A stretch of DNA of 64,000 nt from Pavona decussata (Eukaryota), in the NCBI GenBank assembly GCA_977016875.1, contig CDRNST010000186.1, forward strand, positions 2,542,001-2,606,000, in the 5' to 3' direction. How positions within the stretch are numbered: the first letter of the stretch is position 1; the number at the start of each line of letters is the position of its first letter. This document shows, one piece after another, positions 1-11,900 of this stretch. The notes below the pieces were generated by a model that worked only from the letters and a program-made list of their open reading frames with translations, ran no database searches and had not been told where the DNA came from. A program made the translations under genes and the position numbers.

Positions 1-342
1 CCTGCTAAACGATCAACTTTATAAAGCGATTGAATCGGTCCTGACGCTTTCATCGAATATTTTTACGTTTGAGAAGCCCTGTCAAGAAGAAAAACTTTCA
101 AAGTCTATCCAATTTCGTTTACTGAGCTGGAAAATAATTTCTTCTGCTTCCCAGCTTAACATCGACCTGCGAATAACATCTTAGACAACCAGCGAACGCA
201 GATCGCCGGAAATTAGTCTGCGTTTGCAGGCTACATCTTAGATCATCGAACGACCTTTGTATGAAATAGCTAAAAAGATATCGGAAATGCATCATATCAT
301 GCGATCAGAGTTATAAGGCGAACAAATACAATCATAACTGAC

Positions 343-2972
343 CTTTGCCTGATCAGATGTCCCTCTAGAAGAAGGTGAATCCGTGTTGGAGTAAGGGACA
401 CGAACGCACGCAAGATCTCCAGGATAAAATTCCAGTTGTCGGCTACTGCAGTAGTTCCAGGGAAGAGAAATCTGCCCACAAACAATACCATCATCCTGCT
501 CCCACACCACGTTAATTTGTTCAATGATGAAGCCGTCATTCTCCTTGACAGCTTCCGTCGCGGCCTCCATCGCAAGGACAGGCTTCCAAGCATTTATGTA
601 CTCATCAATGCTTCCATACCTCTCTCTTGACGCCTGATGTCTGGCCGTGTGAGCAAACGACTCGCGCGGGTACCTTCGATGCTCGATGCAGATATTAATG
701 TGAGTATTTATCTTGAACAACTGAATATCAGGCTCCAGTATTCCACGTATCATATGAGGGCAGAGCTGTACAGAAAAGAAATCGTAACTTTTCAAAGGAA
801 GACTTTTCTCATAAAAATGAGAAACGGTTTCACCGGAAAATGAGGGAGCCTTGTCATCGTAATGAGGATGTTTATAAGCCTCACCACGGGCGTACTCAGG
901 CGAACTGCGTTGTGGAATATCCTCAAATCTCTGTGGTGCAGACAAGATTCTCAACTTGGCTTCTGTTTGCTTGATTATCGTAGTTAGCTCGTTCTCGTCA
1001 CTGGACCTTATGGCATCCAATACACGGAGCCAAATATCAGAGGGAATCTCCACTAATTCCCCAATACCACCGTCGCATTCTCCCCGTAAGTCTCCTTGAG
1101 CGTCTGGCGCTACGTACTTCCTAAACCTCCACTTGAGAACAGTACACTTATGTCCATTCCCGTCCACGTCTTCCTCTTTTAGAGCAACTGGATTTAGATG
1201 GCTTAGGAGCAATCGCTTTTGTCTCCCTGCTAGGTGGTCATCCTCTGGCTTGGAAAAATTAAGACTGATTGACTGTTGGTCAATAGATTCAATAAAAACA
1301 CGTGTGTCATGGCACCGCTGTTGAAGCTTGGTTGCCATGTGGATTCTCTTACAATCCTTGCCAAATTTTCGTGCGTTGGCTTGTAGGAACGTTGAGCGGC
1401 GACAAACTTTTCTTATTTCATCCTTCGTCATGTTTTCTTCATAACGGCTACCAGATTGTAAACCAAGAAGGAGACGATGGACTATGATGTCCATGTACCG
1501 CCTTATTGGAGACGTAAACTGAGTGTATGATCGCATACCAAGTGAGTAGTGTTGGATCTTCTCGGAGGGCTGATCACCTTCACAGACAAACCGGGACTCG
1601 GACTGAATCCGTCTAAAATGGGACTGTGCTGCAGCAATTTGAGGGTGGTTTCTCTCGTTGCATATCAGTTGATGAGCTGTGGGAAGATCACAAGACTCTA
1701 CAGCTTTACATATTGCACCCCAAACAGACTTGTGGATTTTGAACGAAGTCTTCTCAGAATGCATCACATTTAGTGGTGGTGACTCACTCGATTCGTTCTG
1801 GAAGATCTTTGCAAATTGAAGTGACAATCTAGCGTATTTGCCGTACATTTCAACCCATTCAGCTAGTCTGTGGTCTTTAGGAGGTAGCTGTACTCTCAAA
1901 GGCGCCAATTCAGAACACTTTTTGGACAGAAATTTTGCGACTTCCTCGTTAGCAAGAATCATCATTTCTTCCACCAGCTCGTGAGCTTCAACAAACTCAC
2001 CAACCCCCTCGTTTTGCCAATGATCAAAGGCACGGTCTCCCAACCGGTAACGTCTTCGGTTTTGAGCGAGTGAGCTTAATTGCCTGACCTTTTCCATAAT
2101 TTCCTCTGAGACTTCTCTAGTGCTCACACCTCTTCCATCTATAATCACTTGAGCTTCAGTGTAACTCAGCCGACAGCAGGATCTGACAATTGTGCGTTTT
2201 ACGTTTGGTTCTTCAGTCACCTTTCCTTCCTCGTCAAGTGTGACAAACACTGATATTGCAAGACGTTCCTTGTCGGGCAGAAGACTGCAGTGGCCTTCAC
2301 TCAGCTCACGTGGCAGCATTGGGATATTTTCTTGTTCTTCCCCAGGGTAATACGATGTGCAACGCAAGAAGGCTTCATGATCCAGTGGACAGTTTGGTTT
2401 TACAAAGAAACTGACATCTGCAATGTGGATTCCTACCAGGAAAGCGGATGATGAGGTTTTTTCTATCGTCAGGGCATCATCAAGATCTAGAGATCTCGGC
2501 GGATCAATGGTAACAGCTTTACTAACCCTAGTACGACTAGCGTACTCGTTCTCAGGAATGGACCACTCAGGTGGAAATTTCTCCTTGACATATTTCATGG
2601 TGGCTTGTTTAAAAGCTCTTCTTATACCACGCTCAGCGTAGGCAATCTCCAGGCTAGTCTTCAGGTCCTCCCCTCTGGGCATTGTTTTTACGACAATTCC
2701 TAAAGGACAGCTGAAGTCTCGTCTCCACTGAAGGTACTTCACAACAAACAGGTACTTTCCGCTGAGGACCTTCTCTCTCTTCATCATGTTGACTTTAGTC
2801 GCCCTGTCGTTCTGATCCTTCTTGTAGATTGGTATATCTTTACAGCTCCTGTCTGTTAGATTCACCAGTTTTGTAGCTGACTTGTTTATGGGTACCATCA
2901 GAGCAGGGTTTTCATAGTCTGTGGTGCACACAAACTGGCGTTCGTGGGGGCTGATAATGTGCTCTAGTACAC
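343..2972 (-). CDS. Gene A exon: OB/cold-shock + RNB (RNase II/R/Dis3 family) exonuclease domain and downstream linker
   Basis: ORF 292..3039 contains TIDPPRSLDLDDAL, VGIHIADVS, HELVEEMMILANEEVA and YTQFTSPIRRYMDIIVHRLL; acceptor at 2973/2974, donor GTCAG at 342. Confidence 0.93.
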
Positions 2973-5900
2973 CTGTGTAAGGTAGACGAGTGAAGATAAA
3001 TGGAAGGTTTGTTATTTTACATTTTACATACCCACACATTTATATGTGGCTGTAAGTGGCTTTTGTGGAGGCGTAGCAACCTATCATGATTAGTGCATGA
3101 GTCTCGTACGAAACCTCAGGTGTGAATGTAACTAGTAAGAGCATTGCTCTTTGCTTTTTATTAGGACCTTCTTTACCTTGTAGTATAAATGTTAACTGGG
3201 AGTGAGACGGGGGCTCTGAGGGGATGAATATCTCCTGTCCATCGGAAGTTACAATGTTCCTAATTTTATAAATTCTAAACCGGATACCGGGGCAGCACGC
3301 TGATAATCTAACTGCTGTATGAGTTTAATGGATAACTGGTAATATGTTGTTTAACATCTTTAACGCTATACACCTACCCACAACCTTTCCTTGGACGTGA
3401 GGTTCACTGCCATCGACTTTTGAGCGGGCTTTCTTCTCAATTAGCTCCAAGACCACCTTATCTTTGTCGAACGCTTGGCGAACTCTTCCTTTGATTTGAA
3501 TGTCTGGAGTTTTGGTGTCTTCTATCTCTGCATATCCCACCTGGGATTTTTCGGGACTAAGACGAAGATTGCAGACAATGTACTTTTGCGGCTCATCGTC
3601 AAGAAGCTTCCTCAAGACAGAAGGATCCAAAAATTCCTGTTGTTTCGTGGAAGCTATAATTCGCTGAGCCCTTTCGGAGGGAGACTTGTAAATGCCAAGG
3701 TTTGTAAGACGCACCTCGACGCGACCATTGACAACTCTTACTTCTGGAAACAGATCTTTGAAATCCCCTTCTTCCTTAAATAAGTAAGGCTCCTCATTCC
3801 CAGGTGACTGAATTTTGCTGATCTTAGACATGGAGGCCTCCAAGGGAGGAAATTCAGACTCTTCAAACATTCCCCTTCTGTCTGCATCTCGCTTCAATGT
3901 CTCCTCGCATTCCTTTACAAATGCTAGAATAATTTCATCCATAAATCTCGGAGATACAGTTTCATCTTCAAGAAGGTCATCTTGGAAGTCTCCTGTTTCT
4001 GCAGTTGCATCGTCTGGTTCTTCTTCCTTCTCTTCTTGATCATCATCTTGTTTTTCTTTATGCTGTTCATCCCGGTCCTGAGCCATGTTGTAAGTATATG
4101 AGGCGTCTACTCGATCGTGCTCATCTTTTTCGTTGGCATTTTCACTTCTTTCCTGAAGACCACTTGAGTGCAACCCATAACCTTCTTCGTCTTGTATTTC
4201 TTCAAGAGCCTCTTGGTTGTTAGAGGCATTGTTTCCTCCAGACGCCGATGTGCTGACACTTTGTTCTGGCGCTGGTGGACATTTTGGGATAAAGGGCTGT
4301 GCTTCCGGGTTAAGCTGGATGCTGGCGATAGCTGCGTTTATGTCTTTCTCAAGCTCAACTATAGTTGTTCCAAACAGCCCTCCTTTTTGGTCACATCTCT
4401 TGATGTAGTCTCTCCAAATACTGCGACATTCTCCAACGGTACACAGCGATACAGGGTCACCGACAACAGCAACCAAACACCTGGCTCTAGTCACCGCTGT
4501 GTTTAGCAGTTTTGGATCAGACAAGAATTCCCAGTACAACTGTCGATCAGATCCACTGGCACGTATCTGTTCCTGCTGTGGCTTGCAGGTATGAAATGTT
4601 CGAACGGTGCTGATGAAAAGCACTCGAAATTCTTCCCCTTAATTGGGAAGCAAGTAATAAAAGCAAGCATTAAGTCTCCCACATTAGGTAATCAACGCTG
4701 CCTAGTCAGAGAATCAGTCAGTCAGTCCAGCTGTCAGTTTTTGAGCTGGAGAAATAAGTCTCTTTTATAGAGAAAAGGGTTTCCCTAGCAACCGAGACAA
4801 GGTTTCTGGTTTTTTAAACAACTTTTTCAGGTAGCATTATTCTATAATGACAGCCGTGACAATTCAAGAATCACTCCCAACAAAAAAATTAGTTTGAAAG
4901 ATCCTAAATCGATTTACAAAGTAATTTTCTGTTCAATATAAATCAAAACACAGTTTTCGAGTAATTTTTTTTTAAGCAATTTTAAAGAGTTTTTATACAC
5001 AAATTAGGAATCGTCTGTTATTCAGGCCGTTTCAACAAGAAACATTAAAAGCAAAATTTCGCTGAAATATGCTGTTCAGTAATATTTTACTATAGGAGAA
5101 CTTAAAGTAATTTCAATTTACTGTGAAATAAAATCAGAGGCATTCACGGTGAATCGCTAGGGAAACCCTCCCGCAGGCCCTTATCCGTTATTTAGGAAGA
5201 CTGCAAGTCCATATCATCCTCCATTTTTAAACCAGTCAGTCAGTCAGTCAGTCCATCAATTAGCGAGGCAGTCGATCAGTCAACTAGAATGATCACAAAA
5301 CTTTTTATGTTTCCATTTCCGTAAATTATTGATGTTCCACAAGGATAAAGCAATTTACGTTCAATTATACATTTCAAATTTTGAAGATGGTGACATTTTT
5401 TCTTTACCTTGAACATTGTGTATTGTATCCACTTTCACTTCCTTCAGATTCTCCTTCCTTAGGCTATTTCGGATGGCTTGTACCTAAAACCATTAACCCT
5501 TTTTAATATTGAGATCATAAAGTGTCATATGGGTCATATCCTATTTTAAGTTTTATGGAATTCCCTGAAGGAGAACCTGGATACATTTCAAAACTATATC
5601 TAAGTTTAGGATAAGCGGCTTTCCGCTGACACAACGCAAAAAGTCAACAATTCTTGTCAATAATGACTGGCTCAGTATTTCAGTTGAAACACAGCGTCTC
5701 AACGCTGAATGTTGTTTTGACTGACTTAATTGAGGTAGCAAGAAAACCTTGTTCAACTAGCTATTGCTTTCAACAGAAAGCTATTAGGAGCGCGATAAGC
5801 TTTGTTTCCCCTTATGATCGCTTTCAGAAATCAGAAAAATTGATTCCAATTATTGAGTCTCACCTGGTAACGATATGAGGACAGAACAGCTATATCAGAT

Positions 5901-8900
5901 CGTTTCTCAGGACCCCAAACACGAGGCCAATTGCTTGCGACCTCTTTCACTCTCTTGACGACTTCGTAAACCTCAGACAAGTTAATATAGGAGTTGTCAT
6001 GCTCCTTTTGCTCCTTGCCACGAGCTGAAAAGAACAACAGAGGACCGTACTTCGGATGCGCTGGCTGAGATTTTTGACCTCGAGGAACCAGTTTTTCCCC
6101 ATAAAAATTGTCAGAGGGAAACTTGAGGATATCCTCATGGCAACGATAATTCTCCGTCAGGAACAAGACATTGGATTGCTCTAGTGCCTCTTGCTTATCT
6201 TTGGGTTGATCTATTGCCTCTTGCTTATCTTTGCCATAGAGATCAAACAGCCGTTCAGCTAAAGATTTTTGTAGGCCCAGCCGCCTTGCTTGAGGAGAAT
6301 AAACCTCTGGGCTCATCTGAAAGAAACGGGGAGGCAAATACGTTCAGGTGTACAGGGCTCTCTAATAAACAATCGTTTTACAAATGGCGATTGATTTTCT
6401 CAAACAATTTTTTAGCCAACATAAAACAGATACCTTGCGAGATTGTTTGATAAGATATTGACTGATATAATTCGACTCTGAAGCGGCCATTTCGAATTCA
6501 TTGCACGCATCAACACCACTACACGAACGGCTAATTTTAGCCTTCAATTTTTGTACCGTACTGTCCTAGAACCATTAACCATAACAATAAACGGCGTTAA
6601 TGTGCGTGATCAGTTTAAAAGGTAACACTTCTTACGCCGTCTTTGGATAACTGTTGTATAAGTGTATATTACTATTTATGTCATTGTAACAATTGGATGT
6701 GTGCTTTTTTCAAAGGGATGTCGGGCCCACTGGCATGGTCAAGTCTCTTTTCCTGCTGACATGGTAAATATACATAAAGGGAATGGCTTGTGGCTTGTGG
6801 AAGTAGCAACTGAGAACTGCTAACCTTTACCTAAGGCTAGCAACACTTACAGAATACTGTTATTATTTACCTTTCAATGCGCACATGTAATACAATACCT
6901 GCATGTGATCACCAGTAAAGACGACCTTGGTGTTAGGCCCAGCGAAGACCAATGGTGTTAGCGCCTCCGGTTCAAGTGCTTGGGCGGCCTCGTCAATAAG
7001 AATGTGGGTAAAGAAGCCATGAAACACTTGTAGATCAAGTAGCACTTGTGATGTGCTTAGAGTGGTGATTACAACACGATGTTCAACAAGGTCGTCACGA
7101 GAAGGCAGCAAGAACAGGTCGTCTTTGATCAGACAGTAATTCCTCGCTGTTTCGGATGCCGTTTCCAACCTAAATGAAATGACCAAAATTTATATTTAAG
7201 CGATCTAAGAAATTAGCATTTTGCAAGGCTTTGCAAAATTGTCTTGCGTTTCACTTTTAGACTTGCAAAATTTGCAGTCAATGTTTTGGGATAATTATTG
7301 TCAGCTAACAGTTTATTCTAAACTAGATACACCTAAAAATTGCCATTATGAAATTGAGTTTCGAAAAACCATACTTTTGTCACAACAACAGAATTAATAA
7401 TTACTGAATTGCCTCCGAAATGATATAAGAAGCACAAGCAGATATTTTGGGGGCTGTTGCTTTTCGCAGTATGACTACTTCAACTGTAGTGTTTGACATT
7501 TACATCATTAGTAGTATCATGCTAATCGGCGGGGGGCGTGATAGCATACATAACGCCGAGGAGGCACTTTTGTAACAAAAAATGCTACCACACAACATAA
7601 ATCTTGTACCTGCCACTATTCTTTGGGACGTGCTTAACGATGTAGTTAACCGAAATATACAAGTTATTTGCAGAACAGTCAACGTACCTTCTCATAGGCT
7701 GATAAACCCTCAATGGCCTTGCTGCAGGTACGCCGTTCTGTTTGGTCAAGTACTTATCTAACAGCTCCACATGAATATCAGCTGCACGATTTGAATGGGT
7801 ACATAGGAGAATCCTATGTGACTTATCTAATTGAACCAGCAGGCGAACGGCTTGATTCAACGTGAACGTCTTTCCAGTCCCAAATGGGCCAAACACCACC
7901 AGAGGAGGAGCGTTGTACTCGGGCGAGGCAATTCGCTGGATTACCTTCTTTTGGTTCTCATTCAGTCGTTGATCGAGAAGCCATTGCCAGCGAATTTTCA
8001 CCTAAATATTTGAACGGTTGGTTAGTTCACCAAATATGACGTTTATGCTATGAGAAATGGAAGTTGTAAATTGCAAAATATTTTAAGGAAAACGAAAAAA
8101 CTTTTGAGTCAATAAAACATGTTTCGACAGAAACTTCTGTCATCCTCAGTTAAAGTACAAAGCGGTAGAAGTTGAATTTATAATAAGTAGACAAAAACGT
8201 TAATTATGGTAACGTTAATAACAAAATGAAAAATATTCTGATCCTAGTTGTTGCCATGCTCCAATCGGTAACAAAACGAGTCCACATCTCATGTAGATTA
8301 AAGAAATCCAAATAATTCCTTCCTTCTCTGAATGAAAAGCTAGACAACTATTTAAGCAGCCACCAACAGACACTTGCATAAGTTAATGTTAACATTAACG
8401 AACTTCAGCAGCAGTTTGGAAAAGGATTTTATTCTCTGGTAGCTGCTCGTAGGCTATTTTTGATCTTATTCGCAACGACTTGATCTATGAAAAATGAGAT
8501 AAATGGTATAAATATGTGGTCATTGCCAAGGAAGGGGCCTGACGTAAAGGCTTGGGTTCTTTTAGCCCCTTGTGACATATCCTGAGTATGTTTTTTGGTA
8601 CGAATTTTTAACTACTTACTTCACTCCCGACAGCAACGGAAACGCTTGGCTCTGGAAAAACAAGGCGCTTTAACTGCCCCGTTGTAAGCCGATCAACGGC
8701 CGCGTGCATCTTACAAAGCGGCCAGCGGTTCAACTGGAACTGGGAATTAACAGTAATATCACAAGTGTCATAGAGCTGTAGGTCAGAGCGCATTTTGGAT
8801 GACAGTCTCAGCACAACACATTCACTCTCTACTTTCTCAACAGGGGCCTCATAGACTTTGTTAGAGACGCTTAGAGCCTGCTGTAGCCATACGGAGCTGA

Positions 8901-11900
8901 CGTTGCGGTAGAGAAGGCGACCTGCTGCATCGTCAGGTCTTAGGGCATCTTCCTCTTGTAGGTAGAGAACACCAAACAGCTCATTGTCCAAAGCGCATTT
9001 CATCCCAGTCATCTCATCAAAGATGTTCCGTTGAGCATGTAACTGTGTGTTGGTCAGAGTGTAGCTATAAAGAAAGGAAACCATAATTAGCCCGCTATAC
9101 TCGCTTTAGTTCTAAAAAGCACTTTGAATTGCCCTGTGGGAAAATATGTCAAAATAAAGTGTCCGCTAAACAAAAATTAAAGCACCAAAAAGCCATGGAC
9201 ACGTTTTTAAAGAGTCATGCAATAGCCAATGCAAATCAATATAATCAAAATCATATGAACAGCTTTCGTTTAATCTGACTGTAGCTTTGGTTGTTCTTGA
9301 TCCACTTTTTCTTCGTTTGGTCACTGAGTGGCGCCTTAGTTTAGCCCCAGACCATTTTTATCCGTGCTGTTGACCATTACCAATAATGAGTGCAAATGTT
9401 AATGTAATTACCTCCACTCATAGTATTAATGGTTGTTATCTGGTTACTGCATTACTTTTAAAGACGTTTATGCCTGGTTGTAGGAATGCGAATTTGCACG
9501 GGTGAATTTGTAAAAATTCTGCCCTATGGTAGTCAAAGTAAAATAAAACTCCTAGACGACAATTCTGAATTTGGCGGCTGCTCTCACCGTGAAATTTCAT
9601 CCTTCATGAAACCTTCCTCCACAAACAGCAGTTGATGGATGACTCGTTTGTAGTTATCGAGATTCAATTCGCTAGCTACAACGTCCACCTGTTTACGAAG
9701 GCTGTATGTTCTTGATAAGTGTTCTCCCTGGAGAGCCTCGCCTGTTCCATGGACGAACCTGACTACCTCCATGGAACTTTCATCCCATATGGTAGCAGCA
9801 GGAGTATGCTGCGAGACAATGGGAGTTCGTGACAACGATTCGCTTCGTACATCTGCGTTAAGTCTCTGCACCAGGTACGGTTTTCTTCCAAAGTCGAATA
9901 CAATGCATTGATCGAAATTTCCATACAGGGCGGAATTGAATGAGACAGTGACAGACACTTTTATTCTCCCAGAAAGATTAACTTCTGGAGCTTTGTACCA
10001 GAACTCTTTCAGCTTAGCCGTGTAACATGTCCTGTACATTTCACAGCCACGATTCTCCTGATAGCAGCCGACGTGAATTTCCGACAGCTGATAGCAATTG
10101 TGGTATCTATGAAGTAGAAGAACGTGACGTAGGCATCCTACGTCGTTGGCCTTCAAAATTGAAAAAAAAAAAAAGAATCACATAGTCATTTCAGGTAACG
10201 TCGTATTTTAAAGCTTCAAAATTTCGCGATATAATCGAAAGGTAGTGACGAATGTCATTTCACGGTTGTAAATGCCACGGGATGAGACAAAACACCATAA
10301 TGTATGCCTCTGTTATTTCTTTTATGTAGAAGTGGAGTAACTGAGTTTGGTAAAGGAATTAATAAATTACTTAATATATCACCTTGGTGTCTTGACGACT
10401 TTTTTAATTACTATAATTTTATAAACGACTTTTTTCATAACGATTCGTTCTTGCTTTTGAAACCAGGGATATTCTCCGCCTTAGTTGGTTCATCGGTGCA
10501 AAAGAAATTCTCGGAATTTCTGAGTGAAAATTAATAAACAACCTTAGCTTTTGAAGTTCCATAAACTCCTCATAAATAACAATTTACCAAGATTTATGGG
10601 GATAAAAATATCAGTATCGGCATTTTAAAATACGCGTTTTTATTGTTTATGTTTTTGTTGTTTTCTATGGCACAAGTCACAAGCTACCCAATTAAGTAAC
10701 TCAGTGGAGAACGTCGTTGAAAAGTTCACAAGTTTACTGACCTTGAATATAAGGTTGAAAGTCCACTGACACGCATGCGTATCATTATTGTCTTGAAGTG
10801 TTATACTACGGTCTGGAGGTGTGCAGGTAATTTCAACTCCTGGAAGATACTCCGCAAGCTGTGTAAAAAAGATGACATTTTTGGATTTACAATCAATCGA
10901 TGGCATTTGGGGAGTGAATACATTTTTGTAAAATTGTGGTTATTAAAATCGCTCTCTGATTTTTTACTTTGTTGACTTAAATAAGGCAACAAAAACAGAG
11001 CCACATATAATTTTGTGGCTTTTTTTTTTCTTTTTTTAAGGAGTAAAAAAAAAGAACACGTTTCCTCAACTTACATAATTTAAAGAAAAATACCAGAGGG
11101 TAATTGGAACAATTCACTCGTACTTATGTGGATGCTCGCCTGCAGGTTGGGTGCAGGTAAACTTTTGAATTCTTCCAACCATTCTCCCTTTCGTATTTGT
11201 AGTAAGTTAGCGAACTAGCCTCAGACTGACAAAAATTCAGTTTTGGCTATAGAAGGTTTTGTGCTTTAACTAGCCATTTTGGTTGGTAAAGCATTGGAAT
11301 GCTGGACGGAAAACAAAGATGAAAATTATTTAATAACCACAAAAGGAAATCAAAAGGACAAGACTACGCCCGGACGCCGGTTTTTGTGCTGTATGACTAG
11401 AGTTGCGGCTTTTCATGTTAAGGTGGACTTGAAATTTTATTCGCATATACAATTTTTAAACAGTAAAAAAACCTTCACGCGTGGGACAGATTCTTTCTTA
11501 CCTCCCTTCCTCCCCTTTTCCTGAAAGTGAAAGTGCGGCTGGTAAAAGTGTTGTTTTGGCTAGTAAAATCAGACCTGTACTAGCCACTGAGCTAGTGAGC
11601 TAAAAAGTTAGCCTCGAGCCCTGAACCTCCCTGGGAAATATATCCGAGCAAAAGAAAACAATTCACTTACGTCTTCAGCTGGACCTTTTAAGATCTCTGA
11701 TGCCATTTCCATAGAAACAATTTCCTCCTTCTCTTGGAGTTCTTTTGTTCGTTTTTCCCTTTTTTTGCGTTGGTATTCTTGTTCCCATTCGTTTAGTTCT
11801 TGGATGCTATGTGCAAAGATGCATCCCCGTCCAAATCTGCATCGCTCACGCGTGTAACAACTGCAAATAAGATAATAACCATAGCTTTTCCAAAACGTGG

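Noticed and set aside
292-3039. Stand-alone Dis3L2/RNase R gene or prokaryotic-type defence gene
   Set aside because: The ORF is bounded by splice sites and is in phase with upstream helicase exons; it is one exon of gene A.
11523-11534. Perfect IRF-type site GAAAGTGAAAGT
   Set aside because: Isolated, intronic, within repeat-like sequence and not near a plausible TSS.
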